Assembly: GCF_006345805.1 (NCBI RefSeq)
Contig: NW_021833045.1
Span: forward strand, 1-64,000
DNA: 64,000 nt
Direction: 5' to 3'
Source: Octopus sinensis
Lineage: Eukaryota
Positions 27,988 to 39,940 of this stretch are shown here, in pieces (within the stretch, counting starts at the first letter, position 1; every line of letters starts with the position of its first letter). The position numbers and the translations under genes are program-made. Below the pieces are notes generated by a model. The model was not told where the DNA came from and ran no database searches. It saw only the letters and a program-made list of their open reading frames with translations.

Positions 27988-29160
27988 GGGTGGTGACCTG
28001 GCAGAATTGTTAGCACGCCGGGCGATGTGTTTCACGGCATTTCGTCTGCCGTTATGTTCTGAGTTCAAATTCCACCAAGATCAACTTTGGCTTTCATCCT
28101 TTCGGGGTCGATTAAATAAGTACTAGATAAGAACTGGAGTGAACGTAATCGACTTAATCCCTTGTTTGGCCCCTCTATGTTTAGCCCCCAGTGGGCAATA
28201 AAGACGTAACTATTTAATATTTTATCAGTTATCAGGGCGGCGCTGGCAGAGTAGTTAGCATGCCGGGCGAAAATGCTTATCGGTATTTCGTCTGCCGTTA
28301 CATTCTGAGTTCAAATTCCGCAGACGTCGACTTTGCCTTTCATCTGTTCGGGGTCGATTAAATAAGTACCATACCCAGTTACTACTGGAGTCGATGTAAT
28401 CGACTTAATCCCCTTGTTTGTCCCCTCTATGTTTAGCCCCCTTGTGGGCAATAAAGACATAAATATTAAATATTTTATAATTTATCAGGGCGGGTCTGGC
28501 AGAGTCGTTAGCACGCCGGGCGAAAATGCTTATCGGTATTTCGTCTGCCGTTACGTTCTGAGTTCAAATTCCGCCGTGGTCGACTTTGCCTTTCATCCTT
28601 TCGGGGTCGATTAAATAACTAGGTATGGTACTTATTTAATCGACCCCAAAAGGATGAAAGGCAAAGTCGACCTCGGCGGAATTTGAACTCAGAACTTAAC
28701 GGCAGACGAAATACCTATTTTTTTATTACCCACAAGTGGCTAAACACAGAGGGAACAAACAAGGACAGACAAACGGATTAAGTCGATTACATCGTTCCCA
28801 GTGCGTAACTGGTACTTAATTTATCGACTCCGAAAGGATGAAAGGCAAAGTCGACCACGGCGGAATTTGAACTCAGAACGTAACGGCAGACGAAATACCG
28901 ATAAGCATTTTCGCCCGGCGTGCTAACGACTCTGCCAGCGCCGCCTTGATAAACTATAAAATATTAAATATTTGTGTCTTTATTGCCCACAGGGGGCTAA
29001 ACATAGAGGGGACAAACAAAGGGATTAAATCGATTACATCGACCGCAGTAGTAAGTACCATACCTAGTTACTACTGCGGTCGATGTAATCGACTTAATCC
29101 CTTTGTCTATCCTTGTTTGTCCCCTCTATGTTTAGCCATCTGTGGACAATAAAGAAATAA
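27988..29160. mobile_element. SINE family B tandem array with internal inversion
   Basis: Three plus-strand units sharing an AT-rich spacer, an inverted block at about 28618-29053, then a resumed plus-strand tail. Confidence 0.9.
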
Positions 29161-30149
29161 ATAATTTATTAAAATTTCAAGGTTTCTTGACCAGTTACAG
29201 TATTTAGATAATGACAATTTATCAACATCTAAACGTCTCATTCTACTTCATTAAACTTTCCTTTGTATATCACATCAAGTATATTAGCGTCAGCTTTACT
29301 ATTTAGAATTGATGCTGCATTTATCCATCGGTGTATTCCTCATTAATTCATTCATTTATCTAAATCAGTTACGATTATACTAACATACGGCTATAATTCA
29401 GATGCAGAAATATACCATATGTAAAGACGCATATAAATACTCTTTGCCTTCAGTGTTCCTATGGGGTGCGGTAGGAAATCGGATTAAACCTTCCATAGAT
29501 TTGTCTCTCACACACAAACACACTGTTGTGTGGACGCCCCCAGACGAGAAGTGGACTGGTCCACTACAAATAAATAGTGGACGGACACAGCCAGTAACGT
29601 CGTTCGGCGAAGGTACGCCGTTCCAACCTGCGATACTTCGCACACACACACACGCACACACACACACACAAACAAACAAACTCACAAGCATACACACAAA
29701 GATACGCACAAACTCACAAACACACACACACAAGTACACGCAAACACACACACAAACAAACAAACACACACACACAAACAAACACACACACACACACAAG
29801 TACACACGCAAACACACACACAAACACACAAACACAAACAAATACATACAAACACAAGCACACACACACCTCGCAACTAGTGAAGGTAGGCAGACTCTAA
29901 TGTTTTACCGTCTCTTTGGAGCTGCGGTTAGTTACCCCCATGGGTTTGTTCGATGCCCACAATGCTTTTGTTATTGAAGTGTATTTATACACATAGGTGC
30001 AGAATCGTATTTGATAGAATAAGTACCGAAGAAGCAATGAGGCCGAGGTAATCGATTAACAACCTCTCCTCAAAATTTCCTGCCTTGTGTTTATATTAGA
30101 AACTCTCCCAATGAGCGATCATATTCGTCGCTAAAAAAATCATGTCAAA

Positions 30150-30510
30150 AAAAATCGCCGAAAACAATCGCAGTAATGAAAACAAAGGAATCCAAACTTT
30201 CAGGATTGCGGGTCTGGATTCAGCCCGGAATGCTTTTTAATTTACTCATGGAGTTAACAATTTTTATAATTTAAAGGCTAACATACAAAAACTTTGTCAC
30301 AAAAAGTTACGTTCGCCGAAAACAATCACAGTAATGAAAACTCGGGAATCCAAAATTTCGGGATTGTGAGTCCGGATTCGGGGTGGGATGTTTTTATTTT
30401 ACTCACGGAGTCAAGCCTGATTCCAAAATGGTGCGATATGTTGGGAGTAAAGTTGAAAAACTGTGACACACTAACACACTGACATTCACATTTGTTATAT
30501 TATATTATAT
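30150..30510 (+). repeat. Local tandem duplication (~155-bp period) within an unclassified repeat
   Basis: CGCCGAAAACAATC(G/A)CAGTAATGAAAAC...GGATT..G..TC.GGATTC occurs at about 30157 and 30314. Confidence 0.7.
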
Positions 30511-30572
30511 TATATTATTATATTCCTCGTCGTCGTAACCGACAGAGTGCTTCCATTATTATATTATATTAA

Positions 30573-30735
30573 GGCAGTGAGCTGGCGGAATCGCTAACAT
30601 GCCGGGGTCGACTTTGCCTTTCACCCTTTTGGGGTCGATAAAATTAGTACCAGTTACATACTGGGGTCGAGTGTAATCAACTTAATCCCTTCCCCCAAAA
30701 TTTGAGGTCTTTTGCTTGCAGTAGAAAGGATTTAT
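30573..30735 (+). mobile_element. SINE family B, internally deleted, tail type 2
   Basis: Head joined directly to core; ends TTCCCCCAAAATTTGAGGTCTTTTGC...GAAAGGATT. Confidence 0.75.
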
Positions 30736-31063
30736 TAAAGTTGAAAAAGTGTGATACACTGACATTCACGTTTACTATTCTAGATATGTTTAATTTTGAG
30801 GAAACTTTATTTCAATTAAAGTGTATTTTGTGTGTGGTGTGTGTGTGTGTGGTGTGTGTGTGTGTGTGTGTGTGTATTTAAGAAAGCAAAAAATAAAACA
30901 AAAAAGAGACATGATTAAACAAAGTTGTACATCATCTCCCTCTGTCTCTCACATGCCCACTCTTTCTCTCTCTTTTATCATTACTCCCACTATCACCATT
31001 AACTTTTAATAAAACATCAACTCTCCCTAAATTTCTTTGTCTCTCTTTCTCACCCTCTCATTT

Positions 31064-31114
<51 letters not shown>

Positions 31115-31989
31115 GTCTCTCTCTGAATTCGCCACCGCCCTCGCCGTCTCCATGCCTACTATTACTCTCATACCATCATGAAGAATAATAGGAGTGTCAC
31201 TGAATAGTGAGAGAGGGCGGTCTAAGTGTGACACACTGACACACAGAAATTAGTTTTTGCATTTATTATATTAGAAGGTCATTACATTTTATTTTCAACA
31301 CTAATGTCTTTACGCCTTGAGTTCAAATTCCGCAGAGGTCGACGATACATCAAATCCTTTCAGCGGCGATAAAATAAGTACCTGTTAATCGCTGGGATTG
31401 ATGTAAACAAGATTTAACCCTTCCCTCAAAAATGCTTGCGCTCTGTGAAAATTTAAAACCGCTTTAAGAGGTGTTGATTTGGCAGAATCGTTAAAGCGTT
31501 GGAAAAAAATGTTCTACGGTATTTGTCCCGAATTTATATTCGTAGTTCAAATCCCATCGAGGTTCAATATGTATTACATCCATTCGGAGTCGATAACATA
31601 AAATGCCAGTTGAGTACTTTGTGCCAACGGTGGCCCCTTCCTCAAAAAATTACGATTTTTGTGTAAAAGAGACCGGTAAAATATGTAGGAGGCTTTAAAA
31701 AAAGATAAGTAGTGGGCTCGATTCGTTGGACTAAATTTCTACAAGATGGTGCCCCAGGTTGGCCACAGTCTATTGACTGAAACAAGTAGAAAGAAAAAGA
31801 AAAAAATCTGATTTCTGTTTTTATCCCGAGGGTCATCCTCAGTTGAGACGATTTGTGATAAAAGTTATTCCAACGCTGATCATCCTCATTTCTCAACTTT
31901 TCAAGTGAGTTCAAATTTATTTCGGATTACATTATCCAATGTGCCCTCATTTAACGCATTGACCGTGTGGAATGTAAGGGGATTAAGAC

Positions 31990-32375
31990 GGAGAGCGGGC
32001 AGAACCGTTTGCAAGCCGGGCGAAATGCGTAGCAGTATTTCGTCTGCCGTTACGTTGTGAGTTCAAATTCCGCCGAGGTCGACTTTGCCTTTCATCCTTT
32101 CGGGGTCGATAAATTAAGTACCAGTTACGCACTGGGGGCGATGTTATCGACTTAATATCTTTGTCTGTACTTGTTTGTCCCCTCTATGTTTAGTCCCTTG
32201 TGGATAATAAAGAAATAGCTATTTCGTCTGTCTTTACGTTCTGAGTTCAAATTCCGCCGAGGTCGACTTTGCCTTTCATCCTTTCGCGGAGGGGGGGGGT
32301 CGATAACTTAAATACCAGTTGCTTACTGTGGTTTAATCTAATCGACTGGCCCCCTCCGGCCTTATGCGTAGAGTA
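31990..32375 (+). mobile_element. SINE family B concatemer
   Basis: Full unit plus a restart at AAATAGCTATTTCGTCTG. Confidence 0.85.
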
Positions 32376-32833
32376 GAGAAAAAAAGGAACGTAAGGGGAT
32401 TTTCGCTGCTCTTTCCAGCACCGGAGGTTTCCAAACAGGACGATCAATATTCCCCGGTGTTTTTAATGGTAGAAATTACAATGGAGAGTCTACTTAACTC
32501 GGCCTATTAAACACCATCTGGTATTTTGGCTTCAACACAAGAGTTTATCGCTTATCTTTCATATGTGTACATCTTTTGGTCACATACCTATACTTAATTG
32601 ATCAATAAATCAATAAATCAACTAATAATTTCATTAATTGATTGCTTGGTGAAAATCCTTTCATACATACCCTGTGACCTTATCGATTACGGGTCTCTCG
32701 TGCACTTACGGCGCGCTATTATGCTCTTGCAGTTATGTATTCCTACATATATATATACATTTATATACATATATATATATATACGTATATACATACGTAT
32801 ATATACATAGATATACACACACACACACATACA

Positions 32834-32886
<53 letters not shown>

Positions 32887-33458
32887 TGTGTGTGTGTGTG
32901 TGCGCGTGTGTATATGTAAGTATGTCTGCATAAATATACACGCATACATAGCGACACAGACAAACAAAATTTATATTAATGTGGTGTGACTGAATAACCA
33001 ACAATACAAACCTACACAAACATATAAGAGTGTGTGTAGGTGCATTTATATACCGATCAATATACAGGTATGTATACACCTGTATATGCATGTATACGCA
33101 CGCTTGCACACACACACACACACAACACAAACACACACCACACACATATATATATCATATATATATTATATATATATATATATATTTATATATGATTTAC
33201 CTGCTATGTATTGAGTACCTTATTATATATTATGGTTAACCCCGAATCACCCGGGATCTACATATGTATATTTATATATATATAGTATATACATATATGA
33301 ATATGTTTATATATATATATTATATATATATATAATATATTATACATATATATACACGCGTATATTTCTATACATATATACATATATATATGTACAGCGA
33401 GAGTGAGAAAGAGAGACAGACAGACATATATTTGAGTTTATGTACGTGTATATATATG

Positions 33459-33496
<38 letters not shown>

Positions 33497-33543
33497 ATAT
33501 ATATATATATATAGATAGATAGATTGATAGATAGATAGATACA

Positions 33544-33579
<36 letters not shown>

Positions 33580-33828
33580 TGAATATATATAGACATATAT
33601 ATAGAGAGTGAGAGAGGGGGAGAGACAGACAGACTGACTGACAAAGAGAGAGAGAGGGACACCTTCAAATAGATTTTTCCACTTAGATGTCTCCCAATCA
33701 AATTCCAGATGGCATTTCAGAAAATGATAGTCAAACCAAAGCTAAGATTAAGGATCGAATTCTGAACCACGTGATTTCAAAATACTGTCCTTAGCCACAC
33801 GACAAGGCTTTTCTTTAGTGTTTGATCC

Positions 33829-34039
33829 CAGTGGTTCTCAAAGTTTTTGCATCCGGGTCATTTCCAAAACAATTTTTTTGTGTGTGTTGTGGTGGGGCGA
33901 TGGCGAAGCGAAAGAAGTAAAACAGAAGTTAATTAAAGAAAAACTTATATTATATTTATAGAACGGAAGACCGTCGGAGGTCGCCGGAAGGATGCTTGGG
34001 GGCTACATGCGGCCCGAGAGCCGCGGTTGGGAACCACTA
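33829..34039. mobile_element. hAT (Charlie-type) MITE
   Basis: Ends CAGTGGTTCTCAA ... TTGGGAACCACTA resemble Charlie-type TIRs; the 8-bp TSD is not preserved. Confidence 0.55.
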
Positions 34040-35122
34040 ATTTAAATCCACCGACGGTTTCCTATCGGAAACAAAGTTTATTACTATAAAGTAACGTTAT
34101 GGCGAATATGCGGGGGAAAGAGAGAAAAAGAGAGAAGGAGAGTAAGAGAGAGAGAGAAAAAGAGAGAGAGAGAGAGAAAGAGAGAGAGGATAAAGTCAGT
34201 GATGCTATCATCTCTTTAATACTTTTAATTGATCACAGTCAAATACTCATTAACATTGCATACGAGCATTTAATGTCAATTCGCAATAATGCCACTTTTG
34301 CTGGTTATTGAACGTTATGTAATTAAATAGAATATGAAATATTTATTAAAATTTTAAAAGAAGCTGCCACCGCGTCTGTTCCATGCTCGAAGCTTTTAAT
34401 TCACGCTTTCAGAATATTTTATATATCTTATCTGTCTGTCTGTCTGTATATCTGTCCGTTTGTCTATCCTCATCTATCCATTCATCATCATCATCATCAT
34501 TATAGTCTCCATGATTATCATCAGCAGCAGCAGGAGCATCATTATCATCGTCGTCGTCATCATCATCATCATTTTCATCATCATCATCATCATCATCATC
34601 ATAGTCTTGATCATCTCCGTTACTGTTGTTGATGGTGTCCTTATCATCATCATCGTTGACGGTGTCTGCGTCATCGCCAGCGTCGCCATCATCTTTGTCG
34701 TCGACGTCGAGGGCGTCACCGTCGTTGTTTTAGTATGTCTCTTTTCCATGCTTGCATAGGTTAAACGGGATGCGTTAAGGAAACCTGAACAGATTTATCT
34801 ACAGCCGGATGCTTTTTCTGCCGCCAATCTTTAATCTTCCGAATATACAAACAAGGTAATATTACTCTTTGATTTGCCAAGTTTTGACGGAAGTTTTGAA
34901 ACAAACACGAGTTTGACAGTGACATTCGTTTACAGCTATCACTTAATTTCAAGACAAGGAGACGCAAACACACGCATACACATCTGCACACGCAACACAC
35001 ACACACACATATATATATGTGTATTTTTTTCTAGTTTCAGCATGCATATACATATATATATATACATACATACATACGTGCATAAATACATACATACATA
35101 CATACATACATACATACATACA

Positions 35123-35153
<31 letters not shown>

Positions 35154-35484
35154 GTTAAATAAAATGAGACAACAAAGCCAAAACAGTGTGAAATTTCTAG
35201 TACATTTTATAAAAAGAAATCTAGTCTTACACCTGTTTCAGGGATATAAAAGATATCCGATCATCAGAGACGATATGAGAGAGCTAAATAGAAGAAAACA
35301 GCAGAATTCAATATGAGACTTTATTTTGGAAAGGGAGAGATATCGAAAGTCTAAAGGGACATAGGAGAATATATATGTCGGATGTTAAACTTGCTCTTCC
35401 ATTATCCAAAGAATATACATATGGGTGCGTGTAATATATATTTGTGTGTAATACATATATATGTATATATATTTTCAAAATGTG

Positions 35485-35690
35485 ACCGCGTGTGTACCGT
35501 TTGCGATCTTTTCCTCTGTCTTTCCTTCTCTCGATCTTTCCTTCTCCTATGTTTCCGACGAAGAGCTCCGCTCGAAACGTTAATCCCTCCTTCATTCCTT
35601 CTTTCCTGAACGTCCAATAATACTATATTTGTTCCACGTCCTCGCGTTGTTGTGTTTTTTTGTGCTTTCTTGTTTGGATTAACTATATGT
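35485..35690 (+). mobile_element. Short dispersed repeat carrying a minimal hammerhead motif (copy 2)
   Basis: GTTT-CCGACGA-A-GAGC-TCC-GCTC-GAAAC-GTT-AATC at 35551-35585. Confidence 0.65.
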
Positions 35691-35753
35691 ATACATATAT
35701 ATATACACACACTCATATACACACACATACACACACACACACGCAGATATATA

Positions 35754-36153
35754 GGCGTAGGTGTGGCTGTGTGGTAAGTAGCTTACTTACCAACCACATG
35801 GTTCCGGGTTCAGTCCCACTGCGTGGCACCTTGGGCAAGTGTCTTCTGCTATAGCCTCGGGCCGACCAAAGCCTTGCGAGTGGATTTGGTAGACGGAAAC
35901 TGAAAGAAGCCCGTCGTATATATATATATGTGTGTGTGTGTATGTATGTTTGTGTGTCTGTGTTTGTCCCCCCAACATCGCTTGACAACCGATGCTGGTG
36001 TGTTTACGTCTCCGTAACTTAGCGGTTCGGCAAAAGAGACCGATAGAATAAGTACTAGGCTTACAAAGAATAAGTCCTGGGGTCGATTTGCTCGACTAAA
36101 GGCGGTGCTCCAGCATGGCCACAGTCAAATGACTGAAACAAGTAAAAGATAAA
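35754..36153 (+). mobile_element. SINE family A, full length
   Basis: Colinear with 14843-15244 and 61296-61690. Confidence 0.9.
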
Positions 36154-36162
36154 AGATATATA

Positions 36163-36500
36163 TTGGGTCACCCCATAAATAATAAAAGAAGTTTTTTTAT
36201 ACTTTTTTTTCAAAATTAAGATAAACAAAGTTCTTTTTTAATTTAAAATATACTCTCATTTTCTACAATGCACTTCCATCTATCTGGTAGATTTACAAGG
36301 CCCCTCTTCCAGAATTCACTATTCCGTGATGAAAAATACTCCTCGAATACTATTCTAACCTCCTCTGCAGAGTTCATATTTTTACCGTCCAAATTAGTTT
36401 GAAGACTGCGGAATAAATGATAATCAGATGGAGCAATATCCGGCGAATGTGGTGGGTGGGCATCGTTTCCTATTCAAATTGCTCTGCCTTTGGAATCCAT
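36163..36500 (-). mobile_element. mariner transposase C-terminal fragment with one TIR
   Basis: Minus strand reads MPHPPHSPDIAPSDYHLFRSLQTNLDGKNMNSAEEVRIVFEEYFSSRNSEFWKRGLVNLPDRWKCIVENE. End TA-TTGGGTCACCCCATAAAT at 36161. Confidence 0.88.
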
Positions 36501-37411
36501 GTATATATAATGTAATTCATAATATATATATATATATATAATATATATTATATATATATAAATAGATGAGTGTTTTTTACCTTGTACTAACAAAACACGG
36601 AAAAAATAAATAAATAGTTACCAGGGCAAGCAAAAATCTCACAAGTAAAGGTGTTGTAACTCCTTCTTTATAAAGGTAGAAACTTCGTGTTTACGTTGAA
36701 TATTTTGAATAATATGAATTAAAAAATGGAGTTAACGCAGGTGTAATCAAATATTTTTACTTTCGACACATGTTTCGAAAACTGATACTATTCAAAAGAA
36801 TAAATGGTATAAACAATGCAATCTTCTCCTCAAAAACGCAATAGAGGACAATAAAACGTTTGGACAGATAGACGACACAAAGGCAGACAAGGGAAAAAAT
36901 ACAATTAGAAGGTCAAGCAAAAAAAGACGGGTCATTCTTGGCTTTCTTTGATCAGTCAAATACCAGAAGTCACGACCATTTCGGACAGTTACACTTGAGA
37001 TGGTTCGATCTGGTTGTCCCCAAAATAGTCTAAGCTAAGAGCATTAGACTCCTTTGTAAGAAAGCTAGTGAATGTGTACGGCAATAAAGACGAAAAAAAA
37101 AACTGAAGACAAAAACCGGAGAACAATTGCGAATACACCAACAAGAAATAACAACACTCAGGAGGCATTGGTTTGGTCGGCCAGACACACAGAAATCTAC
37201 GCAGTGGAACTGAACCCCAGCTTGATCGCATAGTTATACCTGCACCTATCTATCTATATATCTATCTATCCGCATTTCTCTTTAAAAGAAAGCGAAATAA
37301 CAGTTTAATCTATGGTCTGGAGTAAACATTAATGGAAGAACCATTTTTCCAACACTATTTAGTGAGAGCAAACGCTGTAGAATACAAATGTATATTGAAA
37401 AAGAATAATAT

Positions 37412-37445
<34 letters not shown>

Positions 37446-38054
37446 GGTCCGCTTCGAAAGAGACTTATCAGTGAGCAAGAACTATTGGTATCCATCCTCC
37501 AAAATGTCCATTACAATGTAATTATGACAATTTGGTTTCGGATAAAAATCAATATTCTTCCCTATTAAGAATCAATAAACGAATATGAAAGAATGAATAT
37601 TCAATATATGGCAAAAGAAAAATAGAGAGAATCGATACGACTAAGACACTGGCAAACTATTTTTCTGTAATCGATTGCAACAGAATGGTTGGTGATATGA
37701 TAAATGTCTGCCCCTAAATCGATACTGATGATGATGATGATGATGATGATGGTGATGATGGTGGTGGTGGTGGTGGTGGTGGTGGTGGTGGTGGTGGTGG
37801 TGGTGGTGGTGGCGTTGGCGGCGGCGGCGATAATGATGATGGCGATGATGATGATGATGGTGGTGATGAGGATGACGACGACGACGACGACGACGACGAC
37901 GATGATGATGATTACGAGAATAATAATAATACCTAAAAATATCAACTTCTTCAGAAATAATAACTATAACAATGATGATGATGATGATGGTGCTTACGAC
38001 GATGATGATGAAAATGATGATGATGACGACGACGATGACGACGACTACGACGAC

Positions 38055-38093
<39 letters not shown>

Positions 38094-38154
38094 AATGATG
38101 ATAAAATTGAAATAATAATATTAGTAATGATAATAGTTCATAATAATAATAATG

Positions 38155-38350
38155 GTTTCAAATTTTGCCACAAGGCCAGCAATTTTGGGCGAAGGGATGA
38201 GTCGATTATTTCAACCCGATTGTTCTACTGGTACTTATTTTATCAAGCCGAAAGGCTGAAAGGCAAAGTCGACATCGGTGGAATTTGAACTCAGAACGGA
38301 GCGACGGGCGAAATGCCGCTAAGCATTTCGCCCGGCTTGCTAACGATTGT
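38155..38350 (-). mobile_element. SINE family B, tail type 2
   Basis: Core plus tail GGCCTTGTGGCAAAATTTGAAACC abutting (ATT)n. Confidence 0.8.
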
Positions 38351-38362
38351 ACGAATTTGTCA

Positions 38363-38415
<53 letters not shown>

Positions 38416-38433
38416 TATAATAATAATAATAAT

Positions 38434-39030
38434 ACGTACGCAATGTACGCCACTAGCCCAGAAGGAATATAAGAAACCCCACAATATAGCCAGGCTTGTC
38501 CTTGGACACTTTGCAACAAGTATGGATTTAACAGTGCAAAAAATTGGTACGACCAGCAACCTGATGGCATCGTCGAAAATAGAAGTACAAAGATCCTATG
38601 GTATTTTATGATTCAGTGCGACTATGAGATAGAGAAAAGTAAGCCGGACAGAGTCTTGAGAAAGAAAACAAACTATGCTGGATCATAGATATACTATGCC
38701 CAGCTGACAACAAGGTATACGATAAGGAAGAAAGAAAATTCGATAGCTATGACATGTTAGCTTGGGAGTTTAAGCAGTTGTGGTCGATGAAAAAGGTATC
38801 AGTAGTACCAATAATTGTCGGAGCCCTGGGGACAGTGAGCAAAAATCTCGAGAAGTACGTGGAACATTTAGGGGCTGCAATAAGGTTGGAGCACTTATAG
38901 AAAACAGCACTGCTTGGAACCGCTCGGAAGGTGCTAAAAAATATAAGGTGTTACCTTAGTTCACTGATACTGAACAGCTGACACTGTAGTACATCTCTTG
39001 CGTTAGAAGCTGTGCAAAGGCAATAAATAA
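38434..39030 (+). mobile_element. R4/Dong-like non-LTR retrotransposon 3' fragment (restriction-like endonuclease domain), decayed
   Basis: Across frameshifts: LAQKEYKK.HNIARLV.WTLCNKYG...WYDQQPDGIVEN...KILW...KPD...WIIDI..P.D...LW...VVPIIVGALGTV...KTALLGTAR. This is a PD-(D/E)xK RLE signature of R4/NeSL-type elements. Embedded in (AAT)n on both sides. Confidence 0.85.
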
Positions 39031-39764
39031 TACTAATAATAATAATTTGCTCGACTAAAAGCGATGTTCCAGCATGGCCGCAGTCAAATGACTGAAACAA
39101 GTAAAAGAATAAAATAAAAAAAGAATAGTGATGTTAGTAGTGCTGATAGTGTAATAACAATAACAGTAATTAACAAGAAGAAGAAGAAGAAGAAGAAGAA
39201 GAAGAAGAAGAAGAAGAAGAAGAAGAAGAAGAAGAAGAAGAAGAAGAAGAAGAAGAAGAAGAAGAAGAAGAAGAAGGAGGAGGAGGAGGTCAATAGAAAT
39301 AATAATAATGAGTATAGTGACGATGGTGATGGTGATAATGACAATAACAGTGAAATAATAGTAACGAAAATAAGGTTTTATAATAACAACAACACGAATA
39401 ACAATAGGTGATAAATGTTAATTAGTCGATAACAGTAGAACGGTGAGTATCCTATTAAATATTATTGAATCAAGGCAAATAGCATTTTGGCTATTAATTA
39501 CCAAGTGATCAATAACGATTGAATATTTGTTAATAAATGTCAACCGATCGATAGTGAAATTAGCTCACAATTAAACATCAAATTCACAGTTTAACAAGCA
39601 GACGTTAGTTAGCAGGGATTAGAAGCCTCTGTTTGCAATTAAACTTTTCTTCATATTCTTCATGTTGTTACATTACGTTCAATGTTTTTTGTTGATGTCT
39701 TCTTCAGAAAACTAAACCGAAGTACTTACCAATGAAGCAGCTCAACTGTCATGAAATTGGTTTG

Positions 39765-39940
39765 AGATTTTGGCACAAACAGAAGGGGACTAGTCGATTA
39801 CATGAATCTTAATTTTTTATCGACCCCCGAAAGGATGAAAGGCAAAGGCGACCTCGACAGAATTTGAGCACAAGACGTAAAGACGGACAAAATGCTAGCA
39901 TTTTGTCCGGCGTACAAACGGTTCGGCCAGCTCGCCTCCC
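39765..39940 (-). mobile_element. SINE family B, diverged
   Basis: CGACCCCCGAAAGGATGAAAGGCAAAGGCGACCTCG core. Confidence 0.7.

Noticed and set aside
27988-29160. CRISPR-like appearance of regularly repeated units
   Set aside because: Units are ~240-bp SINE copies, with no unique spacers of constant length and no cas genes, in a eukaryotic context.
29400-29885. Helitron 3' end (CTAGT after a CA-rich tract)
   Set aside because: No convincing subterminal hairpin or matching 5' TC end; single occurrence.
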